64,000 nucleotides of DNA from positions 20,088,001 through 20,152,000 of the forward strand of contig CATNEN010000038.1 in NCBI GenBank assembly GCA_950097015.1, read 5' to 3'. The notes beneath the pieces are model-generated. The model ran no database searches. It saw nothing but the letters and a program-made list of their open reading frames with translations, and had not been told where the DNA came from. Source of the DNA: Macrostomum hystrix. Taxonomy: Eukaryota; Animalia; Platyhelminthes. The position numbers and the translations under genes are program-made. This document shows positions 33,871 to 46,274 of the stretch, one piece after another. Within the stretch, counting starts at the first letter, position 1, and each line of letters starts with the position of its first letter.

Positions 33871-33949
33871 CTCTTCAAATTCTCATCACTACAATGTCTT
33901 ATATATGCTTGCCGACCACAATTCTAGTTTTGTAAAATAAAGTTTTGCA

Positions 33950-34804
33950 TCAGGTTAGCGGGTGCAGCTGATTAATGTGCCTATCTAGTGAATATCTATG
34001 CGTAAACTGTTTCGGACAGAAGCGACAAACGAACGGCTTATGACCGGAGTGAGTTCGCATGTGCGAGTCCAGATGCACCTTCTGACGAAACGACTTGTCG
34101 CAATGGGTGCACGGAAACGGACGCTGATCCGAGTGTTTCATCATGTGCCTACTCAATGAGTACTGGTGAGGAAATGATCTATCGCACGAGGTGCATTTGA
34201 ATGGTCTCACACCGGAATGAGTCAATAGGTGATGACTTAGGTGCGTCTTCTGTTTAAATTGCTTGTAGCACACGTCGCATTTGTAGGGCTTGTCGGGATC
34301 ATCTTGAGGCTGTTGCGGCGGTGCTGGCTGTTGTGGCGGCTGCGGCGGCTGCGGCGGCTGCTGCTGTTGCTGCTGAGGAGGAGGCGGCTGTTGTGCTTGA
34401 TGCTGATGCTGCTGCTGTTGCTGCTGCTGTTGCTGTTGCGGTCTAGGCTGTCCCATGGCTATCGGATCGTGTATAAAATTGTGCCGTTCAAACGATGCCC
34501 GATCACCGAAGGATCTTTCGCAGATGTTGCAAGTGTACACCGGGGCGAAGCTTATGCGAAAATTGCCAATTAGCAAATCGCCAAAATTGAACGCAGCAGC
34601 TGTAGGCTGCTGAATCTGTTGGTGAGCCTGGTGTGGCTGCTGTGACAGGTGTTGTTGCACTTGGTGAGTCAGGTGCTGCTGCTGCTGGTTCTGATGCTGC
34701 AGTGGCAGGTGTGACTGGTGCTGAATAACTTGCTGATGCTGGTTCAATGCTTGTTGACTGTTCAAGACAACGTCTCGATTTATTAGTACTGGCTTATAGG
34801 CATC
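33950..34804 (-). CDS. C2H2 zinc-finger protein (1 isolated + 4 tandem fingers, Gln/Pro-rich); start codon unresolved
   Basis: Open from acceptor GATCAG|GAT at 34804 to the stop at 33950; fingers YTCNICERSF..H..H, YKCDVC, FKCTSC, FPCTHC, FVCRFC with HSGVRPF/HSGHKPF linkers. Confidence 0.88.
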   Translation of the reverse strand, partial: DAYKPVLINRDVVLNSQQALNQHQQVIQHQSHLPLQHQNQQQQHLTHQVQQHLSQQPHQAHQQIQQPTAAAFNFGDLLIGNFRISFAPVYTCNICERSFGDRASFERHNFIHDPIAMGQPRPQQQQQQQQQQHQHQAQQPPPPQQQQQQPPQPPQPPQQPAPPQQPQDDPDKPYKCDVCYKQFKQKTHLSHHLLTHSGVRPFKCTSCDRSFPHQYSLSRHMMKHSDQRPFPCTHCDKSFRQKVHLDSHMRTHSGHKPFVCRFCPKQFTHRYSLDRHINQLHPLT

Positions 34805-35944
34805 CTGATCAATGAAACATTTAGAGGGATTTTTTAGAATCTAAATCTATGATATAGCTTATTAGTATATGCTGCAATATGCTTGATAAAACTGCTATTT
34901 TTCCTCCAATGGCACCTATAGTAAAGAACAAAAAATAGTTTAAAAGTATTTTTTGTTACAGGCATATTTGAAACTTGCACAAAATTTAATCAGATTTTGA
35001 AAGAATTTGTACAATGATTTTCTAGATATTTGAAATATCTCTTAATAAGAAGAATAAATATATCAATTGTGATTGATATAATATAAATTGTATAATAATT
35101 AAAATATATTAAATATAAAAAATGTTTTTACTCAATATGTAAGTTTACCAGTTATTGTAAGAAAAAATAAATTGAAACTTAAATTGCACGTGCTTCATCT
35201 ACAGCCATGGCAATTGATGTTCTGATGGTTATTAGTTGCCCCCAACCAGTCATGCTGGCGCAATAAGGGTCATCATGAACTTAGTCGCAGAGGCTTCTAT
35301 GGCTGGGTGGGGAGACACTTTAAGGGTCCACTGCTCTGGCGCTGGATGCTGTAGGAAGCTGAAATTGCACATGCTTCATCTACAGCAATGGCAATTAATA
35401 TTTTTCTATGTTACGACCCTTTGTTTTAACTTTTATTTTTTCTGGTACTGGTACAGTTACTGGTACTGGAAAATAGGACATGCAAAAAATTGCAACTAAA
35501 AGTAGCTTCAGTGGCCGATCTAGTAAATATAGAATCTAACCTACATAAAAAAAATATTTATAGGTAATTAAGTCACTAGAATTGACATTCTAGCATTTTT
35601 TCTTTTATGGCTCACTGATATTAAATATAAAAAACAACATAGGCCTACTTTTCATGAAAATACTTTTGCTAAAAAGACTCAAAGAACAAATACCATTTGA
35701 CAAAAAGACCAATGACTCAGAAGCTTAGGTAGCTCAGAAGCTCAGAAGCAGATTATTTTTTTCAAGTTTATTAATAACTATTATTTGAGAGCCATATTCA
35801 GGAATACCTCTGGTATTGCCTTTACCCAGAGACCAGCTTTGTGTCTATCCTCTACTAGATCACTTATTAAAATTTATAACACCATTATATAATAATCTAG
35901 ATATAATGTTCTTTATTACCATTATTACTATAGCTAATAAAAAC

Positions 35945-36375
35945 GGGTACCAATCACTTTGGCAACAAGTCACTTCGGCAACAGTCATTTTGGCGACAAG
36001 TCATTTCAGCAACTTGACTTCAGCAAGAAGTTTTGATAATTTAGGACACAATTAATTATAGGTAATAATTATACCCAGCTTGATCATAAAACAATGTCAA
36101 TAAAATATTTGCTTTTTATATTTTATATTTTATGTTAAAAGTTTAATGTTAAAACAACTTGCATAGTTGATCATGCACTAAGTTTCAGATCACTGAAACT
36201 CTAGGAGCAAGCATGTTGATGGTTCACCTGATTTGTGCTAGTAATTACATGGTCAACAAGTGATCATTTTGTCGCCTAAGTGATCAAAACTTGTTGCCAA
36301 AGTCAATTCGCTGAAATGACTTGTTGCCAAAATGACTGTTGCTAAAGTGATTTGTCACCCAAGTGATCGTGACCC
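35945..36375. mobile_element. Foldback-type MITE with modular ~15-bp subterminal repeats
   Basis: ~90-bp imperfect inverted arms built of TCACTTTGGCAACAAG-like units, GGGT...ACCC ends, near-perfect 8-bp TSD ATAAAAAC/ACAAAAAC. Confidence 0.75.
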
Positions 36376-36779
36376 ACAAAAACCACCTGACCTAACACCA
36401 GCTTAGGCCAATGCTACGAAAGACTTGTTGTAATTGTACCAAGCACCTAAAATCTTACCTTTTTGTGTTCAGAAAAAAATCTGTAATAAAATATAATCAA
36501 GAAAATCTAGAGAATTATCAAAAAAAGAATACATATATTACAAAAATAAATTATAATTTAATACTTGTTAATACTAAATATATAAAAAAGACAATTAGAA
36601 AATTTACTTCTGATGAAATAGACTTCTGATGATTTGCTAGACTTGCAAAACACAGAAAACTACTGTTTATCTATATTTTGCAGATGTACAAATAGCCCAG
36701 ACTGTGGGCCATTCAGAAGCGTCCGAAGGGACTGCTTAACTGTCCACTGCAAATACAAAGGAAAGCAACTAACACAATA

Positions 36780-38471
36780 TAGCATTTTGCAGGCTAGTAG
36801 AGAAAACAAGCAAGCAATTAAATAGTTGATGACAAAGTCAGTGGAATTTTTTACACTCTATGGTCAAAGCCATGTGCATTCCTGAAACCAAATAAATAAT
36901 GTGAGCATACAATTCATAAGAGTCATCAGTTCTTGTGTTTATTCAGCTCGAAATGGACGCAATTGACATGGAGGAAGATGACATTTTTGAGGAGGATGGA
37001 GACAGCTTTGTCACAGCGGACTTGCGGAGGACGCAGTTCAGGCGGCGGCAGCACGTGGTCCGTATTCCAAGATAAGCAACGAAAAATATGAACTGATGGT
37101 CAGTGCGCTTGAGCGAGGGGACAGTGCTGTGCAGATTTCGAGGTTTTTTAATGTAAAGGTACCAACTGTGTATACTATCCAACGGCGCTACGAGCTGACA
37201 GGACGTCGTGATCGACTCTGTCGAGGAGGCGATCGAACGTCAAAGCTTGGAAACTAGCACGTGCAACTGCTTCTAGATTCACTGGATGCCAATCCATTAT
37301 TGACACTTAAAGAGTTGCATTGCAAACTGGAGCATTCGTTCGACAGTCTGCGCAAGCAAAGCAACACTTAGCTGATCTCTAGACAAACACCTGATCACGC
37401 TGAAATGCTTAGGCAGAGATGCTGACGTGCCGGTCACACGGAACACGCCAGAAAATAAAGCACGCCGACAAGCATTTGCACAGTGGCTGCTTGACCTGCC
37501 TCCAGATTGTCACTTGATCTATATAGATGAGACAGGGTTCAACATATGGACAAGACAATCTCTAGGGCGCAGTTTGCGTGGTCAGGGTGTTAGGCGCACT
37601 TTGCACACACAGCGCAGTGTACAGGTAAATGTCATCCAGGCCATCTCACCTGGCCTCGGTCTGGTACACCACAAGATTTTGGGCCAGACGCTAACTGCAA
37701 ATGTGTTTCAAGTTTTTATTGAAGAGATAGGCCCTACTCGACGCTGTCAACAATCAAGAAGAAGTCGATAATGCGGATCAATTCTGCATCATTATGGACG
37801 GTGCTTGATTTCACAATGGCCTGAGGCTCCCGCAACAAAATGAAGCTAACTGGCAAATCATGCAGCAGCCGCCATACTCACCATTTTTTAATCTGACTGA
37901 GAGTGCGCACTCCTGCCTGAAGGCGACAATAAAACGTCAAGTTGTCTTTGCCCCAAGTTCAGCTTGAACTTGACAATCCACCACCACAGACAACACTATG
38001 CGAGTGGCGAATTCTTGTTCTTCAGAGAATCACAGAGGAAGCAACTTCCAAAATCACACCAGTCAAATGTGGAGGATGGTTTCAGAATGCACTCTGCTTC
38101 ATCCCTAGATGTGTCGCGGGAGAAGATATCGTTTGATTTCTGCCATATATCAGACAGCTTCACTGAAGGAAATCTTTTTCGAGTTTCATTTTGTACTTTT
38201 CCCTGGGCTTTGCGTACTAGTTTTTCATATGTTTCGTCATATTAAATAGTCACTTTTTGTACCACACCATTTAGCTTCTTAAATATACAGTATCACAGTT
38301 AGCTGTCAAATGTTTGCTTAGCATTGAGAATTGATGAATTGTGTGCTCATATTATTTATTTGGTTGCAGGAATGTACATGGCTTTGACCATAGAGTGTAA
38401 AAAATTCCACTGACTTTGTCATTGATTATTTAATTGCTTGCTTGTTTTCTCTACTAGCCTGCAAAATGCTA
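36780..38471 (+). mobile_element. IS630/Tc1/mariner-superfamily DNA transposon with ~140-bp TIRs
   Basis: TAGCATTTTGCAGGCTAGTAGAGAAAACAAGC... at 36780 is inverted at 38330-38471; TA on both sides. Confidence 0.92.
36952..38136 (+). pseudogene. Disrupted IS630/Tc1-like DDE transposase
   Basis: HTH-like segment ISRFFNVKVPTVYTIQRRY, catalytic motifs IYIDETGFN, IIMDGA*FH, PPYSPFFNLTE; several frameshifts and an in-frame TGA. Confidence 0.88.
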
Positions 38472-39540
38472 TATTCAAAAGAATTCACAAAAAAGCATAC
38501 TCGTAGATCCACACACAGATCAAATATGCATATATATAAATAAGGCTTTCTTTCTTATATATATATATATATATATATACGTCAAGTAAAGACTATTAAA
38601 ACGTGTAGGTCGTTTACAGATGCCGTACATAAGCAGATTAAGACCATTGTAAATATTAGAAAACACCGCTTTTTTAGAAAAAATTGCTTTTAAAGCTAAA
38701 TAACTAGAATAACAAGCAAACCTAGGTTTTTTATTATAAAAACATTTTTACAAATAGAACTATTTCTGAAGTTGCTTATAAACGTTTGTTTTTTTCTTTT
38801 ATATAGTCAGACTGTTACGATTCTTTGATGTACAAAAGTTAATGTTTCCACGACACTGACATTAATACATTTGTGTCGGGGGTGTCGTTTTCGCAAATGT
38901 CACATGAACTGCTTGCTTAATAACTAGATGTTTGTACATTAGATGTTAGTTCTTCTTTACCATTTTTTTTATTCTATTACTAAGCCTAGGCAAATAAGCT
39001 CTCAAAATTGTCTTCACGATTTAGTCAAGTATTAAAAAGTTCATTGCATGAGCAGTGATCTTGTAAATATATACTTTTTGCTAACATTTATGTTTAGATT
39101 AAATTTGAAAACAAATGGTGTCTAAGTTAACTTTAATCATTCTTTGTTAGTTCGATTTTATTCAAATAAGAATATCTTAAAGTTTCTTAAGTTTCCTTTT
39201 AAAGAAATTTTTGGCTTAACCTTTTTTTATTTAATTTAACTCTTGTATGACTTTTTTGAAGTGTGAGAGTCAAAGAGACCATGTTAATTTTTTTATTTAT
39301 GCCTATGAACAAAGGGTACAGAAATATTTCAGTGTTTTTATTTTTTCTTCATAGTCTGGAGCTTAAGAAAAATACCTCAGAAACAATATCTAGCCTTTAA
39401 AATATGTATCTATCAACAAATAAGTTAAAATGATTTCAGTGCACTGCTTAGGCAACATTGTTACATATGATATCAATTGACATATATATATAGGCCTATA
39501 TATGTTGTATTCTTGAAGTAACGAATACAGAGATTCCAAT

Positions 39541-39831
39541 TGTAGTGTCGGTAAATGTAAGTATAGCACCGAAAGGAGCACTCGGCAGTCGACTGGATAA
39601 GCGTATATTTGTAACAGCAGTATTATTAAATACTGGAAAGGTCTTGAGTGTGTGCACCGCGCGGGGGTTTCTATTTATAGCCTGGGGAGCGAGTGGGAGA
39701 ACTTTCTAGAAAGTTCTCATAGATAGCCTGCGGGGGAGGCGCAGAGAAGATTCTGGAAACAACAGAGTGTTATAACAAGTGGTAGAAAGTTCTAAAAAAT
39801 TATTTACGGAATTATCGTAACGAAACCCACA
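39541..39831 (-). mobile_element. Solo LTR
   Basis: TGT...ACA ends, 5-bp flanks CCAAT/ACAAT (one mismatch), TATA box on the minus strand at 39671-39680, TTCTAGAA motifs. Confidence 0.65.
39671..39718 (-). promoter_or_regulatory. Heat-shock element plus TATA box inside the solo LTR
   Basis: Perfect palindrome GAGAACTTTCTAGAAAGTTCTC (GAAnnTTCnnGAAnnTTC) at 39697-39718, about 16 bp upstream of CTATAAATAG on the minus strand. Confidence 0.6.
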
Positions 39832-40405
39832 ACAATATATATAATTGTTTGTTTGTTTGTATTTGACAATGTTAGGCCCTTAGGAATAGTAATCTTAATT
39901 GTATTAGCTATGTAGTTTTGTCTAATGTAAGCATTTTCTGTTTTAGGCCAAACTTTCCCTATTTTAAATTTTGCACAAAGCTTATAGACATAACTTTAGG
40001 AACTGTAAAATTTTGCCTTAAAAGAGTGCTGTTCTAAGCTAGCAAACAATGGCTTTGGCCTGTGCAAACCTTTAGGAAATTAGAAATCAGGTGCTGCGCC
40101 ACATTGTGGTATGCATAATTGTGGTATGCATAAGCTGAGCCATGTTGCCTAATGTGTGCAGCGCTAAACTTTAGCACAAACTTGCCTATTACAAAGTGTT
40201 AAGTTAATTCTGGTGCAATATTTTCATGTATATACTATTGCAAAAATTGCTAGTGCTGCATTTTTTACAAAATCTAATATTCACATGATTTTCTAATTTT
40301 CTAATTGTATTGGTATTATTATTAGCTGTGTAATTGATAGTTTTTACCCATATGTTTTGCACATTTCAGATCTAATTGGTTTCAAAGGCATTTTTAACTA
40401 CAATT

Positions 40406-42914
40406 ATGTATAAAAAGGTAAACATTGATCCACCTCCTGAGCCACCTCGCCAGCAGGTCTTTGATTTTGGCACAGCATTTGAATTTGGTGGCAATGGAGA
40501 ATTATTCAGAACTGAGCCAGACAATAGCACTGGTGGCAGGCATAACACTGGCAACAACTACAAATCAATCTTTACATATAGCAATGATAAAAAACACTGG
40601 AAGGCACAGCAGTTAAGTAAGAAACTAACTTCTTATTACATTCCAAAACAGTATTTTTGTACATTTATTTCTTTATATCTTTTCACTACTAAAAACCTCT
40701 CTTTCAGATCCACCAATGCCATTTAGCCAAACAGAGAAGTTTGCTAACTTTTTCATAACTGGCATTTTCTCTCTACTTGTTCTTTTCCTATTTCCTGTGT
40801 TAGGATGGTTTTCGGTTAAGGTGAGCGTTTAAATTAAGTTACAGCTATAATTTAAGTAGATCTGATATCATAATTGTGAAATGTTTTTTCATTTTAATAT
40901 TTGCCAAGTTCGCCTACTGTGAGTAGCATGATATGCTTATTGCATTTTAGAAACTGGAAAGCCACGAGAGGCTCATTAGTATGCGACTTGGTCGAATGCA
41001 ACAGCCAGTAGCCGGGCCTGGCTACACTTGCATCCTGCCGCTGATCGATAGCTGGCAGCGAATAGATTTGCGACCAAAATCTGTGTCTTTTGTTGAAAGA
41101 GAATTTTTCACAGCCGATCGTGGCATAGTTTGTTTCGCCGGCGAAGCTGTTTACAGAGTCAATGAGCCGGAAATGGCCGTCACGGCTACCACGGATCCCA
41201 GGTATGGTCTAGTCTCTTTTTTATCTATTCTAAATGGGATTTTAATCTATCAGTTTTCTAAAGACTCTATCCTTTTAACTTCTAAACAGAATAGATCATG
41301 ATACTTAGTCCTTTAAAATCCGATTTAGCCATGACCTCATTCTTCCAATCAGATTTGGCCGTAACCCAATCCGTCCAATCAGATTTAGCCGTGACCTCAT
41401 CCCTCCAATCAGATTTGGCTGTAACCCAATCCGTCCAATCAGATTTGGCTGTAACCCAATCCGTCCAATCAGATTTGGTTATCACTCAATCCGTTCAATC
41501 AGATTTGGCTGTAACCCAGTCCGTCCAATCAGATTTGGCTGTAACCCAATCCGTCCAATCAGATTTGGTTATCACTCAATCCGTCCAATCAGATTTGGCT
41601 GTAACCCAATCCGTCCAATCAGATTTGGTTATCACTCAATCCGTCCAATCAGATTTGGCTGTAACCCAATCCGTCCAATCAGATTTGGTTATCACTCAAT
41701 CCGTCCAATCAGATTTGGCTGTAACCCAATCCGTCCAATCAGATTTGGCTGTAACCCAATCCGTCCAATCAGATTTGGTTATCACTCAATCCGTCCAATC
41801 AGATTTGGTTATCACTCAATCCGTCCAATCAGATTTGGCTGTAACCCAATCCGTCCAATCAGATTTGGTTATCACTCAATCCGTTTAATCAGATTTGGCC
41901 GTGACCCAATCCATCCAATCAGCTTCTCCAATCCTCTTCACAGATCCGCCCTGGCTCATCTAACCGAAGTGACGATTCAACGCTACGTCGCCCGTCAGGA
42001 TGCCGACGATCTAGAAGGCAGGGTGCCGAATCTGCAGGCGGAGATCGCCGCCACGCTGAATTCCGAAGCTCGCGAATGGGGCCTGGAGGTCACTAGCGTG
42101 TCTCTCGGTCCGATACGCATTGTTTCAAAGCCGCCGCCACGCCGACCTCTGCCTGAAGGCGTTGATATCGGCACCCTGACCCAGCATCTGTTTGGCCAGC
42201 TGGCTGCCACCGCTGCCGCCGGTGGCGGAGCTAGAGGAGCCGCCGACGCAGTCGTGGCCGCCGCTGTTGCTCGAGCTGCCGCTGCTGCTGCTGCTGCTGC
42301 TGCTTCTACTGCTGACTCCAGGACTGGCGGAGCCATAGACGAAAGTAGCGACGCTGGAAATTCCACCTCACAGATTGAACTGCATGTCGGTGAGAAGACT
42401 ATTGATCATGAGTCATGAGTCATTGATTATAGTTGTTTTGGCGACTGTTTAAGAGCATAATATACGGAACACAACTCATTTCCTAAGCCAAATAGGGAAC
42501 CCAACTCATTTCCTAAGCCAAAATACGGAACCCAACTCACCTTCTAAAACCATTTCAATATTAACAGCGGACGCCTCTTCGCCAGCCCTGCCTGAGCTAG
42601 ACGAATACTTGGCCAAGGCTCGTCGAGCTCTGCACGTTGAAGAGATTCGCCGAGAGCTAGGCTCAGCCAGCTATCAGTTCTGCCTGCTAGCCGAAAACGG
42701 CCAGCCGGTAGCTGCCTGCTACCTCGACAGCGCCGCCAAGATTGCTCAGCGAGGCCGGCACGCCTCACCGGACGTGCTCATCACGCTCCTGTGCTCGGAT
42801 CTGGACGATATTCGATCCGGCCGGCTGCCAATGTGGCAGGCTGTTGTGAGCGGCCGAATCTCCGTGCAGGGCGACCTGGAAGTAGCCAAGCGGCTGCGCG
42901 TGCTCAATGACTGA
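40406..42914 (+). CDS. STOML1: Stomatin-like protein 1 / UNC-24 (membrane hairpin + SPFH/band 7 + C-terminal SCP2 sterol-carrier domain), 455 aa as spliced
   Basis: Exons 40406-40616, 40708-40820, 40951-41201, 41944-42389, 42568-42914, GT-AG and phase-consistent. Motifs LFPVLGWFSVK, ERLISMRLGR, GPGYTCILPLIDSWQRIDLR, WGLEVTSV, SCP2 end AVVSGRISVQGDLEVAKRL. Confidence 0.92.
41320..41920. repeat. 30-bp minisatellite in STOML1 intron 41202-41943
   Basis: Unit CCGTCCAATCAGATTTGGCTGTAACCCAAT with a TTATCACT variant. Confidence 0.96.
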
Positions 42915-42939
42915 AGAAGTCTAAGCCAGCTGACTCACC

Positions 42940-43480
42940 TGACAGACTCCACTGATAGTTTAGACAAACTATTGAATCCTCCTGACAGACTCCACTGACA
43001 GTTTAGAGTTAGACAAACTATTGAATCCTCCTGACAGACTCCACTGACAGTTTAGACAAACTATTAAATCCTCCTGACAGACTCCACTGACAGTTTAGAC
43101 AAACTATTGAATCCTCCTGACAGACTCCACTGACAGTTTAGACAAACTATTAAATCCTCCTGACAGACTCCACTGACAGTTTAGAGAAACTATTGAATCC
43201 TCCTGACAGACTCCACTGACAGTTTAGAGAAACTATTGAATCCTCCTGACAGACTCCACTGACAGTTTAGACAAACTAGTAAATCCTCCTGACAGACTCC
43301 ATTGACAGTTTAGACAAACTATTGAATCCTCCTGACAGACTCCACTGACAGTTTAGACAAACTATTGAATCCTCCTGACAGACTCCACTGACAGTTTAGA
43401 CAAACTATTAAATCCTCCTGACAGACTCCACTGACAGTTCCTGACAGATTGACTCCCAGTTCTGACAGTTTAACTGACAG
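42940..43480. repeat. 43-bp minisatellite immediately after the STOML1 stop codon
   Basis: Unit CTCCTGACAGACTCCACTGACAGTTTAGACAAACTATTGAATC. Confidence 0.95.
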
Positions 43481-44557
43481 TCATGACAGACTTGGCTTTG
43501 TTTGGGCCATCGTTTGTTCATGCAATGCTCATCTCATTGATGCTTTTTCATCTAGTCTGTTTTTACGAGGTGTTGCACTTTTTAACGCTTTTTTTAACGT
43601 TGAATGCCATATATTAATTACACTTTTAATTTTATATCTAGCTGTTAAATATGTTTTTGTGTCTGTAGTTACTATCTTATACGAGTAATAGGTCCTTCCT
43701 AATGTTAAGTTTATAAGTAATATGAACAATTACTGCTGAAATTTTCATATAAATAACTTTTTTATAGTTTTTTTTGCTCTACTCGTAATAATTATTTAAA
43801 ATATTTTATCCTAGCTGTATGAAGCAAAACTACTAATAATAAAACACGGACAATTTGTTTAACTGTTGATATTAAATGTTACGTTTTTATTTTTATTTTT
43901 TATATCGTAGTTTATTATTGAGCTCTGTGATTATAACATGTCCATTTTCTTTTTTTTAGTTTTTTTGCATTGCACGTCTGAGCTTCAAATGAACATAAGT
44001 TTTTGTTTTTGTTAATAAAATGCTTGTTTTTGTTTTAGAGTATTATTTCTTCCTTCTGATCAGATTTTTTGTTTCAAAAAATGAACTATTTCATAATTCC
44101 TGTTATTGCATATTTCTCGACTGTAACTGTCTGAAAAAATATTGAAAATAAATTATAAAATAATTGTTTACTTTTTTACTAAAATAAGCACATTCTGTCA
44201 GCTTTCGCACTATATAAAATGCGGAAAACATTTTCTTATATTTTTTCTTATTTTACAGTAGGGATTTAAGATTTATCTTTTGATGCTTATCTGGTAAGTT
44301 TAATTTGTTTAAATTACCCCTTGTTGCACAGCCATACCTATTATGCGGTAAATCTTAAGTCTGTGGACATCAGCTGTCAAGTCCGTGGACCGTAGAGGCC
44401 GCCACACCCGCCGAGAAATCAATCGAACTACTGACCTTTCAGTCGGAGGTCTAAAGCTCTAAGCAATAGGCTACAAGTTCCCCACAATGAAATTTTGGTA
44501 GTTACATAGTAAGTGGTTTATATTTTATTGATAATAATAATTAACATAATTGTAAGA

Positions 44558-44895
44558 GGGCTGCGGGCAATGGAACATCATTTGGTGACACTAGACCCGC
44601 AGCCAGCGAGGAGGCAGTTCTGCCCATTTCACTGACTCCTGAGCACACACGTACACAGATACTGCTCGCAGGCACACGCTCACACAGGTGTGTACATCTG
44701 CCATGACTTTCTCATCGTCATGCAGTCTACACTTTCACTGGGCCTTCGAGGTTGGCCCTCAAGGGCGTAAATTGCACGATAAGCCACCAAGCCTTCTCTC
44801 CGCGGCTGCGCCCCAAATAAATGCGGCCTCGCCGCGGAATCGAACTCATGGACCATGGTGCGAGAGCTACATTTCAAAGTCTTAGACCGCTCTGG
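44558..44895 (-). mobile_element. tRNA-derived SINE, family B
   Basis: Minus strand: AGAGCGGTCTAAG (A-box-like), GAGTTCGATTCC (B-box), body matching 3757-4045, terminal hairpin GGCTGCGGG...CCCGCAGCC, TTA-rich tail. Confidence 0.82.
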
Positions 44896-45769
44896 GTATC
44901 TTTTTTTAATGTTAATTCTTGTTAAGCCTAATGAAAAGAATAATTTTTTACTTTAATGGCATCCAGTTTGTTAATCGCTTTATATACTGGCGCTGTGAAT
45001 TGAACTAGAGAAAGTGGCCAAACCATAAACTTATTTCATATGTTGTTTCACATTTGCAGCGGCAATAAAAGCACTGAGATTTGCCACAAAACAGCCGCAA
45101 TTGTTTATTCGGCATTGTTTATAAATAGTAAGTTTAGCTCAAACTAAACTCATGACACACTCCGCCCCTATAAAACAAATGTTATACCAATTCGACTGCT
45201 CAAACAGTATATTTTAGAGTCTATATCTAAAGGCAGCTTTGGCACAATACCGAAAGACAATTGTAGTAGTTGTATAGTCTCTTCTAGCGGCTTATTTGAA
45301 GCAATTTGCGAGCCCTGTGGCTACAGAGTTTGGATTCTTCAGGGGACTAGAAGAATTATATAATAGCTTCATCAGGACCCGCCACTGCAGGCCAGTGTAA
45401 GTCTCTCCCGATTATATAATTTGCAAACTCATTTTCACCTGGCGTGGAAGCCGATTAGGAGAACTGGTCAGTGCTTATGACTAGTAACAACAGGGCATTG
45501 CAGGCGTCTGTGACAAAGCTGCAGTCATCCCCTATATGTGGCGAACTGCAGGTAAGTATGTATATAAGCATGTTTTATCTATAACACGTGCTTCTATTTA
45601 TACAGAACGAAAGATATAGGAAAGGTGGAATGTGCGAAATGGGTGAGATGATTAAGAGAATTGAGAGGGAAATGGGTGAGCGGTGAGATAAGGGAGATGT
45701 GAATCAAGGAGTGTTAAATTTAACACATGAGATCTGGGTAGGACAGACTTGATATACTGGAGAAATGAT

Positions 45770-46045
45770 CGACACGGGAGAAATGAGACACGTGAGAGAT
45801 AAGACACGGAAGGGATGAGACACATGAGAGATAAGACATGAGAGAGACAGACACAGGAGAGATGAGACAAGGGAGGGATAAGACACGGGAGAGATAAGAC
45901 ACAGGAGAGATGAGAAACGGGAGAGATAAGGCATGGGAGAGATGAGAAACGGGAGAGATAAGACATGGGAGAGACAGACACGGGAGAGATGAGAAACGGG
46001 AGAGATAAGACATGCGAGAGACAGACACGGGAGAGATAAGACACG
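45770..46045. repeat. 17/21-bp minisatellite (GAGATGAGAC core)
   Basis: Unit GGGAGAGATGAGACAC, essentially the unit found inside the 28118 MITE. Confidence 0.88.
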
Positions 46046-46274
46046 GCATTGATCAGACACAATTGATAGCTTACGATCAGAGTTTAGTATTACACGACCA
46101 CTGGCTTTACACTATAGAATCAGTATTGCACTGGGTACTGAATGAGTGCTCTGGTTTGCGTAGTCTAAATGTACTATTGTACTCTCACTGAGCCTCGTGA
46201 CTCCACGGCGGCATCGCATACAGCAGCTAATCAAATCGCATTTGGCAACATTGTTTTATATTGCGAAGGCTGCG

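Noticed and set aside
35181-35396. 35-bp direct repeat pair about 181 bp apart upstream of the zinc-finger exon
   Set aside because: Real local duplication, but no TE hallmarks, ORF or structure to support a function.
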